From: an uncultured bacterium
GTDB lineage: Bacteria; Acidobacteriota; Thermoanaerobaculia; Multivoradales; JAHZIX01
DNA: 64,000 nt
Direction: 5' to 3'
Assembly: GCA_965368975.1 (NCBI GenBank)
Contig: CBDUPA010000001.1
Location: 128,001 to 192,000 of the forward strand
Part shown: piece by piece, positions 19,286 through 28,300 of the stretch
Layout: each line of letters opens with the position of its first letter
How positions within the stretch are numbered: position 1 is the stretch's first letter
The notes under the pieces: model-generated
Databases searched by the model: none
Told to the model about the DNA's origin: nothing
What the model saw: only the letters and a program-made list of their open reading frames with translations
Position numbers and translations under genes: made by a program

Positions 19286-21511
19286 ATGAGTCGACTCGAA
19301 ATTCCTCGTCTGCACGTTGCGGACATCGAACTGCCCCAGGAATGGGAGCGGTTGTACGACCTGGCCTACAACTTCTGGTGGTCCTGGACGCCGCGGGCTC
19401 GACGCCTGTTCTCGTTCATCGGTGACCAGGGCTGGGCGCGCTATCGCAATCCGGTGCAGATGCTGGTCAACGTGCCGCGCGAGCGCTGGGATGCCCTCGG
19501 GGCCAGTGAAACGTTCCGCGGCGAGTTCCGCGCGGTGATCCAGGCCTTCGACGCCTACATGGCTGGTGAGGACACATGGTTCCAGCGCCAGCATGGTCGC
19601 CAGCAAGGCGATCCGCTGGGCGACTGGGGCGGGGCGAACGGACGCAAGGGACCGATCGCGTACTTCTCGATGGAGTACGGCGTGCACCAGTGCCTGGCGA
19701 TCTATTCGGGCGGTCTCGGGGTGCTCAGTGGTGACCACTGCAAGAGCGCCAGTGACCTGGGTCTGCCTTTCGTCGCGGTCGGCTTGCTGTATCGACACGG
19801 CTACTTCCAGCAGGCGATCGACGCCGACGGGCTACAGCAGCACATTTACCCCGAATACGACTTCACCCGCTTGCCGCTACGGCCGGCGGCGTCGGGCACG
19901 GGGCGGCCGGTGATCGTGCAGATTCCGGTGCTCGATCGCGTCGTGCATGCCAAGCTGTGGGTGGCGCAGATCGGCCGCGTACCGTTGGTGCTGCTCGACA
20001 CGGACATTCTGGACAACGACCCGGCAGATCGTTCGATCAGCGACATCCTCTATGTGCGCGGGCGCGAGATGCGCCTGGTGCAGGAGATGGTGCTCGGCGT
20101 CGGTGGCGTGCGCGCCTTGCGCGCGCTGGGCATCGAGCCGTCGGTGTGGCACATGAACGAGGGGCACTGCTCGCTGCTGCAGCTCGAGCGTCTGCGCGAG
20201 CTACGCCAAGCACAGGACGGCGACGCGAACTTCGACTTCGACGCGGGCCTGGTTCAGCTGCGTCGCTCGACGGTGTTCACAACGCACACGCCGGTGCCAG
20301 CGGGCAACGAGCAGTTCGACGCCGTTTTGGCCGCACGGTACCTCGAGCCCTGGGCAGAGACGCTGGGCACGGATGTCGAGCGCTTGCAGAGGCTCGGCTG
20401 GGCTGACGGTGGCATGCACCAGTCGCTCAACCTCACCGCCCTGGCGCTGCGCACGACGTCGTTCACCAACGGTGTCAGCCAGCTCAACGCCGAGGTGGTC
20501 AACCGCATGTGGCAGCATCTCTACCAGGAGCCGGAGATCGCCGACTACGGTCCGATCGTCGGCATCACGAACGGCATCCACACAGCGACTTGGCTCGGCC
20601 CCGAGTTGCGCGACTTGCTGCGCAAGCACCTGGGCGAGGACTGGCAGGATCTGTTGCTCGACGAAGAGGGCTGGCGTCGCGTGCTCGACATCCCGGACGC
20701 CGAGATCTGGCGAGTGCACTTGCAGCAGAAGGAGCGCCTGGCTCGCTTCATGCGCTCGCGTCTGCGTGAGCAGTTTGCCCGCCATGGTTGCTCGCCGGAC
20801 GAGTTGCGCGCCGTCGAGCAGTTGTTCGACCCCGGCACCCTGACGCTGGCCTTCGCGCGCCGTTTCGCCACCTACAAACGCGCCAGCCTCTTGTTCAGCG
20901 ACCTAGTACGCCTACGTACGCTGCTCAACCAGCCCGGCCGTCCGGTGCAGATCCTGTTCGCCGGCAAGGCCCACCCCGCCGACCGTCCCGGCCAGGAACT
21001 GATCGAGCACATTTTCAAGCTGAGCAAGAGCGACAAGCTGCGCGGCAAGGTCTTCTTCGTCGAGAACTACGACATGCGCGTCGGGGCCATGCTGGTGCAG
21101 GGAGCCGACGTCTGGGTCAACACGCCGCGCCGTCCGCTCGAAGCCAGCGGCACCAGCGGTCAGAAGGCGGCCGCCAACGGTGCGCTCAACCTGAGCATCT
21201 CCGATGGCTGGTGGCCCGAAGGGTTCGATGGCGAGAACGGCTGGGTGATCGGTTCCGACGACGAGTACCACGACCAAGAACAGCAGGATCTCGACGATGC
21301 CGCGTCCTTCTATCAACTGCTCGAAGACGAGGTCGTGCCGTCGTACTATGACGAGGGCGAGGATGGCATCCCGCGCGCCTGGATCCAGCGAATGAAGCGG
21401 GCGATCCTGCTGGCGCCCAAGTTCTCGTCCAACCGCATGGTGCACGATTACGTCGAGCAGGCGTACGCTCCGGCGCATCAGCGCTACCTCGACCTCCTGG
21501 GAGAAGGATGA
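19286..21511 (+). CDS. glgP: Alpha-glucan (glycogen/maltodextrin) phosphorylase
   Basis: LAYNFWWSW, YSGGLGVL, HMNEGH, FARRFATYKR, GKAHPAD, EASGTSGQK (PLP lysine). Confidence 0.95.
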   Translation: MSRLEIPRLHVADIELPQEWERLYDLAYNFWWSWTPRARRLFSFIGDQGWARYRNPVQMLVNVPRERWDALGASETFRGEFRAVIQAFDAYMAGEDTWFQRQHGRQQGDPLGDWGGANGRKGPIAYFSMEYGVHQCLAIYSGGLGVLSGDHCKSASDLGLPFVAVGLLYRHGYFQQAIDADGLQQHIYPEYDFTRLPLRPAASGTGRPVIVQIPVLDRVVHAKLWVAQIGRVPLVLLDTDILDNDPADRSISDILYVRGREMRLVQEMVLGVGGVRALRALGIEPSVWHMNEGHCSLLQLERLRELRQAQDGDANFDFDAGLVQLRRSTVFTTHTPVPAGNEQFDAVLAARYLEPWAETLGTDVERLQRLGWADGGMHQSLNLTALALRTTSFTNGVSQLNAEVVNRMWQHLYQEPEIADYGPIVGITNGIHTATWLGPELRDLLRKHLGEDWQDLLLDEEGWRRVLDIPDAEIWRVHLQQKERLARFMRSRLREQFARHGCSPDELRAVEQLFDPGTLTLAFARRFATYKRASLLFSDLVRLRTLLNQPGRPVQILFAGKAHPADRPGQELIEHIFKLSKSDKLRGKVFFVENYDMRVGAMLVQGADVWVNTPRRPLEASGTSGQKAAANGALNLSISDGWWPEGFDGENGWVIGSDDEYHDQEQQDLDDAASFYQLLEDEVVPSYYDEGEDGIPRAWIQRMKRAILLAPKFSSNRMVHDYVEQAYAPAHQRYLDLLGEG

Positions 21512-21514
21512 ACC

Positions 21515-23059
21515 GTGGCTGGCGCGGACAAGAACCTCGAAGGCTTTGACGACCTCTTTGCCCGTTGGGGTGAGATCGACGACCTGATTGCTGCCGCCAA
21601 CCTGCTCAGCTGGGATCAAGAAACGTTCCTGCCCGCTGGAGCCCACGAAGCGCGCGGGCAGGTGCGGGCGACCCTCGCCGGTCTCAAGCACGACCGCATC
21701 ACCGATCCGGCGCTGGCAGAGCTGGCGATGCGCCTGGAAGCCGAAGCGGAGCCGGGCAGCGTCGAGCACGGGCAGGCGAGGCAAGCTCGCCGCGACATCG
21801 AGCGGGCTTCGAAGGTGCCGCGCAGCCTGAAGGAAGAGATCGCGCGCACCGAAGCCCGCGCCATCGCCGCCTGGCGGCAAGCACGCCAAGACGCCGACTT
21901 CGCCGTCTTCGCCCCGCACCTGGCACGCATGCTGGAACTCAAGCAGCAAGAAGCGGCCGCCATCGACCCGCGCGGTCGTCCCTACGATGTGTGGCTGGAC
22001 GAGTACGAACCGGAAATGACCGAGGCGCAGCTGGTGCCGGTGTTCCAAGACCTCACTGCCCAGCTGGCGCCGATGATTCGCGCCGTTGCAGAGAGCCGTA
22101 CCGAGGTCGACCTGTCGCCCGTCCGACGCGCGCCGAAGGAGGGCATCGAAGCTCCTTTCGCGGAGCCGGGGCAGCGTGCCTTCGTCGTCGAACTGTCCAA
22201 AGCCTTCGGCTTCGACTACCAGACCGGTCGTCTCGACCCCGCGCCGCACCCCTTCTGCTCCGGCATCCACGGCGACGACACCCGCCTGACCTGGCGCTGG
22301 GAAGAGCACGACCTGCGTCCCGGCCTGTTCGGTGTCCTGCACGAGACCGGCCACGGCATGTATGAGCAGGGTCTGCCGTCCGCGTGGCACCGTACACCAC
22401 TCGGCCAGACCACCTCGACGCTGATCCACGAGAGCCAGAGCCGCCTGTGGGAAAATCTCGTCGGTCGCAGCCGCGCCTTCTGGCGCTGGGCCCTGCCCAG
22501 AATGCACCAGCACCTGCCGGCGACGAAGGACGTCACTCTCGACGCCCTCTGGCCCGCGTTGCACGTCGTCGAACCGTCCTTGATTCGCGTCGAGGCCGAC
22601 GAAGGCACCTACAACCTGCACATCGCCGTCCGCTTCGACCTGGAGCGCGCCCTGTTCGCCGGGGATTTGAAGGTCGAGGACCTACCCGGCGCCTGGGACG
22701 ATGCTTACGAGAAGCTGCTCGGCCTGCGTCCGCCGGACACAGCGCAGGGCGTCCTGCAGGATATCCACTGGTCCCTCGGTGCCTTCGGCTACTTCCCGAC
22801 CTACACGCTCGGGACCCTGGCGAGCTGCCAGCTGTTCAACGCCGCGGTGCGGGATCTCGGAGATCTGGACGCGGACTTCGAGCAGGGCGAGTTCGGGCGT
22901 CTGCTGGCGTGGCTGCGCGAGAACGTCCACGCGCACGGCTGCCGGTACTCGGCGCAGGAGCTGCTGCGTCGGTGTACGGGGCGGGAGTTGGGAGCGGAGG
23001 ACTTCCTGGCGTATCTGCGGGGGGTGGTGGGGGAGGTTTACGGAGTCAAGGACAGCTGA
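21515..23059 (+). CDS. Carboxypeptidase M32 (Taq-like)
   Basis: HPF, HETGH (HExxH), HESQ, IRVEADE, GVLQDIHW, GYFPTY. Confidence 0.93.
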   Translation: MAGADKNLEGFDDLFARWGEIDDLIAAANLLSWDQETFLPAGAHEARGQVRATLAGLKHDRITDPALAELAMRLEAEAEPGSVEHGQARQARRDIERASKVPRSLKEEIARTEARAIAAWRQARQDADFAVFAPHLARMLELKQQEAAAIDPRGRPYDVWLDEYEPEMTEAQLVPVFQDLTAQLAPMIRAVAESRTEVDLSPVRRAPKEGIEAPFAEPGQRAFVVELSKAFGFDYQTGRLDPAPHPFCSGIHGDDTRLTWRWEEHDLRPGLFGVLHETGHGMYEQGLPSAWHRTPLGQTTSTLIHESQSRLWENLVGRSRAFWRWALPRMHQHLPATKDVTLDALWPALHVVEPSLIRVEADEGTYNLHIAVRFDLERALFAGDLKVEDLPGAWDDAYEKLLGLRPPDTAQGVLQDIHWSLGAFGYFPTYTLGTLASCQLFNAAVRDLGDLDADFEQGEFGRLLAWLRENVHAHGCRYSAQELLRRCTGRELGAEDFLAYLRGVVGEVYGVKDS

Positions 23060-23062
23060 GCC

Positions 23063-23335
23063 TTGAGCGAAGAGAGATCAAAGCCCACCTTCGAGCTGAC
23101 GCAGCATGCGGATAGAGTTGTTCGCGAGCGCAAGATCAAGGTTGAGTGGGTAGAGAGGACTCTAGCCCAGCCGCAGTGGGCCGAGGCAGATAAGCAGGAC
23201 CCAGATCTCCACCATGCTCTTGCTGAGATTCCCGAGTTCGGTGGTCGGGTTCTGCGAGTTGTCTATAATCTGTCAGTGAAGCCGTGGCGAGTCGTGACGG
23301 CCTTCTTCGACCGGAGTCAGAGGAGACGGCAATGA
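23063..23335 (+). CDS. DUF4258 domain protein (putative RelE/BrnT-like toxin)
   Basis: T.HA...ERKI..EWV..TL..P, GRVLRVVY, VVTAFFDR. ATGA-coupled to the next gene. Confidence 0.8.
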   Translation: MSEERSKPTFELTQHADRVVRERKIKVEWVERTLAQPQWAEADKQDPDLHHALAEIPEFGGRVLRVVYNLSVKPWRVVTAFFDRSQRRRQ

Positions 23336-23532
23336 GACTGCACTTCGACGAGCAAGCTGATGCGCTGTACCTACGCTTGGATGAGTCCGAGATCGTGGAA
23401 TCAGAAGAAGTGCAGCCGGGGATCATGCTCGACTACAACCAGCAGGATCAGCTGGTCGGTATCGAGATCCTGCGTGTACGGCAGCGTGTTCCGAGCGCGG
23501 ATCTGAAGCACGTCCAGCTCGAGGTCGCCTGA
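23332..23532 (+). CDS. DUF2283 domain protein (putative antitoxin partner)
   Basis: MRLHFDEQADALYLRL...ESEEVQPGIMLDY...LVGIEIL, with an AGGAG RBS. Confidence 0.85.
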   Translation: MRLHFDEQADALYLRLDESEIVESEEVQPGIMLDYNQQDQLVGIEILRVRQRVPSADLKHVQLEVA

Positions 23533-23535
23533 GGT

Positions 23536-24291
23536 TTAGTCTTCCAACACCGAAGCCAAGTGATGCGCCCGCCGCGTCGTTTCCGGCAGGCGATACTTGG
23601 GCGTGCACGCCAGTACCCACGCCACCGCGCTCTCCAAGCCGACCCGATGCCCCGGTGACACGAACAGCGGCTTGACGCCGTCACGGCTGCGCAGCACGGC
23701 CCCGACGACTTCTTCGTCTTCGCCCTTCCGGGCATGCCGCAGCGGCGTCCACGAGCCCTTCTCGCGTCCGGGCTCGTCGTGGGTACCGATCAGTCGACTC
23801 TTGGCCACACCGATTGCAGGCACGTCGAGCAGCAGTCCGAGGTGACACGCCAGGCCGAAGCGTCGCGGGTGCGCCCAGCCTTGACCGTCGCACAGGATGA
23901 GGTCGGGCTGTACGCTGAGCTCTCCGAAGGCTTCGAGCGCGGCCGGGATCTCGCGGAAGGAGAGAAGGCCGGGGATGTAGGGGAAGTCGGTGGGACGGCG
24001 GATCAGGACCTGGTCGACGACGTCGAGGTCCGGGAACGACAGCACCACGATGGCGGCGCGGGTGATGGCGTAGCGCGCTTTGAACGGCCCCCAGCCGGAC
24101 GTCGCTACGCCTTCCGCGGCTTCGAAGCCGATGTCGACTCCGGCGACGTGGCGGACCGAGTCCTCGTCAGCGGTCGTACCGGGTGGCGGACCGAGCAGAT
24201 CGTCGCGGATCACCTGCGGGGCCAGTCGCTCTTGGATGGCAATGGCTTCCTGGGTGTTGACGTCCCAGGGATGGCTGAGGTCTGCGTCCAC
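23536..24291 (-). CDS. nfi: Endonuclease V (deoxyinosine 3'-endonuclease)
   Basis: [53 protein letters not shown]. Confidence 0.95.
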   Translation of the reverse strand: MDADLSHPWDVNTQEAIAIQERLAPQVIRDDLLGPPPGTTADEDSVRHVAGVDIGFEAAEGVATSGWGPFKARYAITRAAIVVLSFPDLDVVDQVLIRRPTDFPYIPGLLSFREIPAALEAFGELSVQPDLILCDGQGWAHPRRFGLACHLGLLLDVPAIGVAKSRLIGTHDEPGREKGSWTPLRHARKGEDEEVVGAVLRSRDGVKPLFVSPGHRVGLESAVAWVLACTPKYRLPETTRRAHHLASVLED

Positions 24292-24299
24292 TAGGGGCT

Positions 24300-25067
24300 T
24301 CAGTCCTCGACGCCCAGCTCGACCTTCAGTTCGTGCAAGCCATCCTTGAGCGTCGCCAACTCGCCGCGCGCTTCTTGCAGTTCCTCGCGCAGTGCTTTCA
24401 CCTCGTCTTCCAGCTCCTCGACGCGTAGCCTCAAGCCCGATCCAGGAGGAGTACCAGCAGGAGCACGGGCGATGGCGGCTTGCAGTGCTTCGTCGCTCGG
24501 GCCAGTGAAGCTCGTGCCAGTAGAGCTTCCAGTGCTGGCAGTGGTTCCGGCGGGCTCGTCCGCCTGGTCGACTTCACTGCCCAGCAAATGCGTCCAGCGC
24601 GTCTCTTTCTGGCCCGGCCGTCGCGCTAGCTCGACGACCAGGGGTTCGGTACCTTCGGCCATCCTCTGCAGCGCTGCGGCGACGTCGTCGACGGTGTCGA
24701 AGCTGTGCATGCGACCGCTGCGGGTGCGCAGTTCGCCGGCGGTTTGCGCACCGCGCAGGAAGAGCAGCGTCAGGATCGCCTTGCTGCCCGGGTTCAGGCT
24801 CAGGCGGCGGCTGAGGCTCTGGCTCCAGCGTTCGACTCGGGCGCCTTCGCTGCGCCAGACCAGGACGTGCTGGCGCAGACGTTCGAGGGCGTCGACGACC
24901 TGGGTTTCACTCAGCTGCATCACCGGATCGCGGCCGGTCTTTTGATTGCAGGCGGCGATCAAGGTGTTGACGGTCAGGGGGTAGGCGTCCGGTGTCGTCT
25001 GCTCCTTCTCCAGCAGAGCGCCGAGGACGCGTTGTTCGAGGGTGTCGAGCGGACGGGGCAGCTTCAT
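24300..25067 (-). CDS. YceH/DUF480 family protein
   Basis: [47 protein letters not shown] and a coiled-coil tail. Confidence 0.9.
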   Translation of the reverse strand: MKLPRPLDTLEQRVLGALLEKEQTTPDAYPLTVNTLIAACNQKTGRDPVMQLSETQVVDALERLRQHVLVWRSEGARVERWSQSLSRRLSLNPGSKAILTLLFLRGAQTAGELRTRSGRMHSFDTVDDVAAALQRMAEGTEPLVVELARRPGQKETRWTHLLGSEVDQADEPAGTTASTGSSTGTSFTGPSDEALQAAIARAPAGTPPGSGLRLRVEELEDEVKALREELQEARGELATLKDGLHELKVELGVED

Positions 25068-25119
25068 GAGGTGATTATAGGCCGTGGCTGTTCCTTGGAA
25101 GGACAGTGAAATGGAGAGA

Positions 25120-25208
25120 TCTGGGTAGAGGCACCCCCATGTGGGTGCCCTCCGGATCCGGATGCGGCCTCGCCGCAGGGCGGCCACATGGGGCCGCCCC
25201 TACCCAGA
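25120..25208. repeat. Inverted GTAG-family REP doublet (REPIN/BIME-like)
   Basis: GTAGAGGCACCCCCATGTGGGTGCCCT (25125-25151) and an inverted copy GTAGGGGCGGCCCCATGTGGCCGCCCT (25203-25177), flanked by TCTGG/CCAGA. Confidence 0.8.
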
Positions 25209-25314
25209 AGGGCGGCAAGCACGGGTGGCTCCGTGCTGCCAGCTCAAGACCGTAATTGCCGAAACACGTAGTTCTCTTGCCCCACGGACGGACTCGCGGT
25301 CTAATCTAGCCGCC

Positions 25315-28300
25315 ATGTCAGAACTAACCTCTCGCCTTGCCAAACTCAGCCCAGCTCAGCGGGCACTCCTGGAACAACGACTGGCCAAGAAGGCCCTGGA
25401 CGTCGACGACCTGGCGCGTCGGGACGCGGCGCGGGAAGAGGCCGGAGATGCAGCCGCGGCGCTGGCCAGTACTCCGATCGCCAAGCGTGCCTCGACGGAT
25501 GATCCGCCGCCGTTGTCGCTCGACCAGGAGCGCATCTACTTCATCCATCACCTGAATCCCGACAGCCCGTTCTACAACATCATCAGCGCCGGCCGCTTCC
25601 GGGGACGCATGCGCATGGACCTGTTGAACCGGGCGCTCAACGAGGTGGTGCGCCGGCACGAGAATCTGCGCACGCGCTTCGAGCTGCGCGCTGGTGCGCC
25701 GGTGCAGATCATCGAGCCGACGCTGACGATGCACGTGCCGCTGCTCGATCTGCGTGCTCTCGGTGAGCGCGCCCAGCCGCTGGCGGATGCGCTGGTGTCG
25801 CGTTGTCTGGGCACGGCGTTCGCTCTCGACCGCTTGCCGCTGGGGCAGGGGCTGGTGCTGCAGGTCGCCGACGAGGAGTTCATCTGGCCGACGGTCTACC
25901 ACCACATCGTCATCGACTGGGTGAGCTGGGCGCTGTTCCAGCGCGAGATCGTGCTGCTCTACGACGCCTTTGCCGAGGGCCGCGAGCCTCCCCTGCCCGA
26001 GCTGCCGGAGCTGCGGGTCCAGTACGCCGACTATGCCGTGTGGCAGCGGCAAACACTCACCGACGCGACGCTGTCGGCGCAGCTCGACTACTGGCGGCGC
26101 ACGCTGGCCGAGGCACCGCACGTCACCGAGTTGCCGCTCGATCACCCGCGGCCGGCGCTGCAGCGCGGCGAGGGCAAGCGTTGCTTCCGCACCCTGGCGG
26201 CGGATGCGTCCGAGGCCTTCCGAGCCTTGACGCGCAAGGAAGGCGTCACGTTTTTCATGGCCTTCCTGGCGCTCTACAAGGCGCTGGTGCTGCGCCTGAC
26301 CGGGCAGCGCAAGGTGGTCATCGGCTCACCGACGACGGCGCGCAACCATCCCGATCTGGAACCACTGATCGGCTACTTGCTCTACCACTTGCCGTTCTAC
26401 ACTGAGCTGGATGGCGCGCTGAGCTTCCGGCAAGCGCTGGCGCGGGTACGCACGTCGACGGTTGGTGTCTTCAGTCACAGCGACACGCCTTTTGCCAAGT
26501 TGGTCGAACTGGTCGATCCGCCGCGCGACCCGAGCCGCATGCCGTTGACACAGCTGGTCTTTCTCTTCCTCAACCCGCAGGGGCTGCATACGCAGCTGGG
26601 GGCGCGGGAGATGTCCGGGCTGGAGGTGCTGCCCTACGATTTCGACGGCGAGAGTTCGAAGTTCGACGCCACCTTCATCGTCTGGGATTTCCAGCCCTTC
26701 CGTATGTGGATCGAGTACAACTCCGAACTCTTCGACGTCACCACTGCCGACCGTCTGGCACGTCAGTACGAAGCGCTGCTGTGCGGGGTGGCCGGGGATG
26801 CCGACACGCCCTTGAGCGAGCTGCCGCTGCTCACTGCCGCGGAACGGCACCAGCTGGCGGTGGAGCGCAATGCGGTCTTTCTCGAACCTCCGACGCAGCG
26901 GAGCACGGGTACGCCGCCGGAGCGTTTCGTCCAGTGGGCCGAGCGCCAGCCGGACGCCACGGCGATCGTTCACGGCCGCGCGCACGTGAGCTACGGCGAG
27001 CTGGCGCGCCGCGCGGCGGCGGTCGCGATGCGCCTGCGGGCGCAGGGAGTCGGCCGCGGATCGTTCGTCGGCCTGAGCCTGGAGCGCTGCGCCGATCTCT
27101 TCGTGGGGCTGCTGGGAATCCAGTTCGCAGGTGCGGCGTACGTGCCGATCGATCCGGCGTATCCGCGCGAGCGGCGCGAGTTCCTGGCCGTGGACAGTGG
27201 GGTGGAGGTGATGGTGGATGCGGCGTGGATGGGCGGACTTACCCCCACCCGGGCGCAATGCCTTGCGCCCCTACAGACCGCCCACCGCCCGAACGTTACG
27301 CAGGATTCGGACGCCTCTACGCCCTCTGGTCTCGCGCCCGACCTCCTCGATCCTGCCTACGTCATCTACACCTCTGGCTCGACCGGCAAACCCAAGGGGG
27401 TGGTTCTGTCGCACCACAACACCTCCCGTCTGCTCGACGCCACCGACCCCTGGTTCCGTTTCGGTCCGGACGATGTCTGGGCGCTCTTTTTCTCCTTCGC
27501 CTTCGACTTCTCGACCTGGGAGATCTGGGGTGCGCTGGCGTGCGGTGGCCGGTTGGTGGTGCCGTCGTGGCAGGCAACGCGCGATCCGCGGCGGCTGGCG
27601 GCGGACCTCGTGCGCGGCGGAGTGACGGTGCTCAACCAGACGCCATCGTCCTTCCGGGGTCTGATTCCGGAGATGATTCGTGAGGCCGATGAAGGTTCGG
27701 GGTCTACGTCTATCGAGTGGGTGATCTTCGGTGGAGAAGCGTTGGAGTCGAGGATGCTTCGGCCCTGGTTCGGCCGATTCGGCGCTGATGATCGGCTCGG
27801 CGCGCCAGCGCCGAAGCTGATCAACATGTACGGCATCACCGAGACGACCGTGCACGTCACCTGGCGTCGCATGCTGCCGCCCGACTGCGACGACGCACGC
27901 AGCCTGATCGGTGTGCCGATGCCGGATCTGCGGCTGTACGTGATCGACCGTTGGCTCAATCTCCTGCCACTGTCCATCCCCGGGGAGCTGGCGGTGGCGG
28001 GTGAGGGGCTGGCCCAGGTCTACCTGCACCGGCCATCGACGACGGCCCAGCGCTTCGTGCCGGATCCTTTCGCGTCCAGCCCCGGTAGCGCAGCCGGAGC
28101 CGGACGCCTGTACCGCAGCGGCGACCTGGTGCGCGCGCGGGTGGACGGTGAGTTGGAGTATCTGGGGCGCATCGACCAGCAGGTGAAGATCCGTGGTTTC
28201 CGCGTCGAAGTAGGAGAGGTCGAGGCGGCGCTCGAAGCACTGCCGGCGGTGCGCGACGCGGTGGTGCTGGTGCACACGCTGCCGACGGTGCGGCTGGTCG

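Noticed and set aside
20912-22621. 569-aa minus-strand ORF
   Set aside because: Antisense to glgP and the M32 peptidase, both of which have clear motifs.
25141-25314. N-terminal extension of the NRPS (and of YceH to 25187) in the ORF track
   Set aside because: The extensions translate the REP doublet. The downstream ATG starts fit the domain boundaries better.
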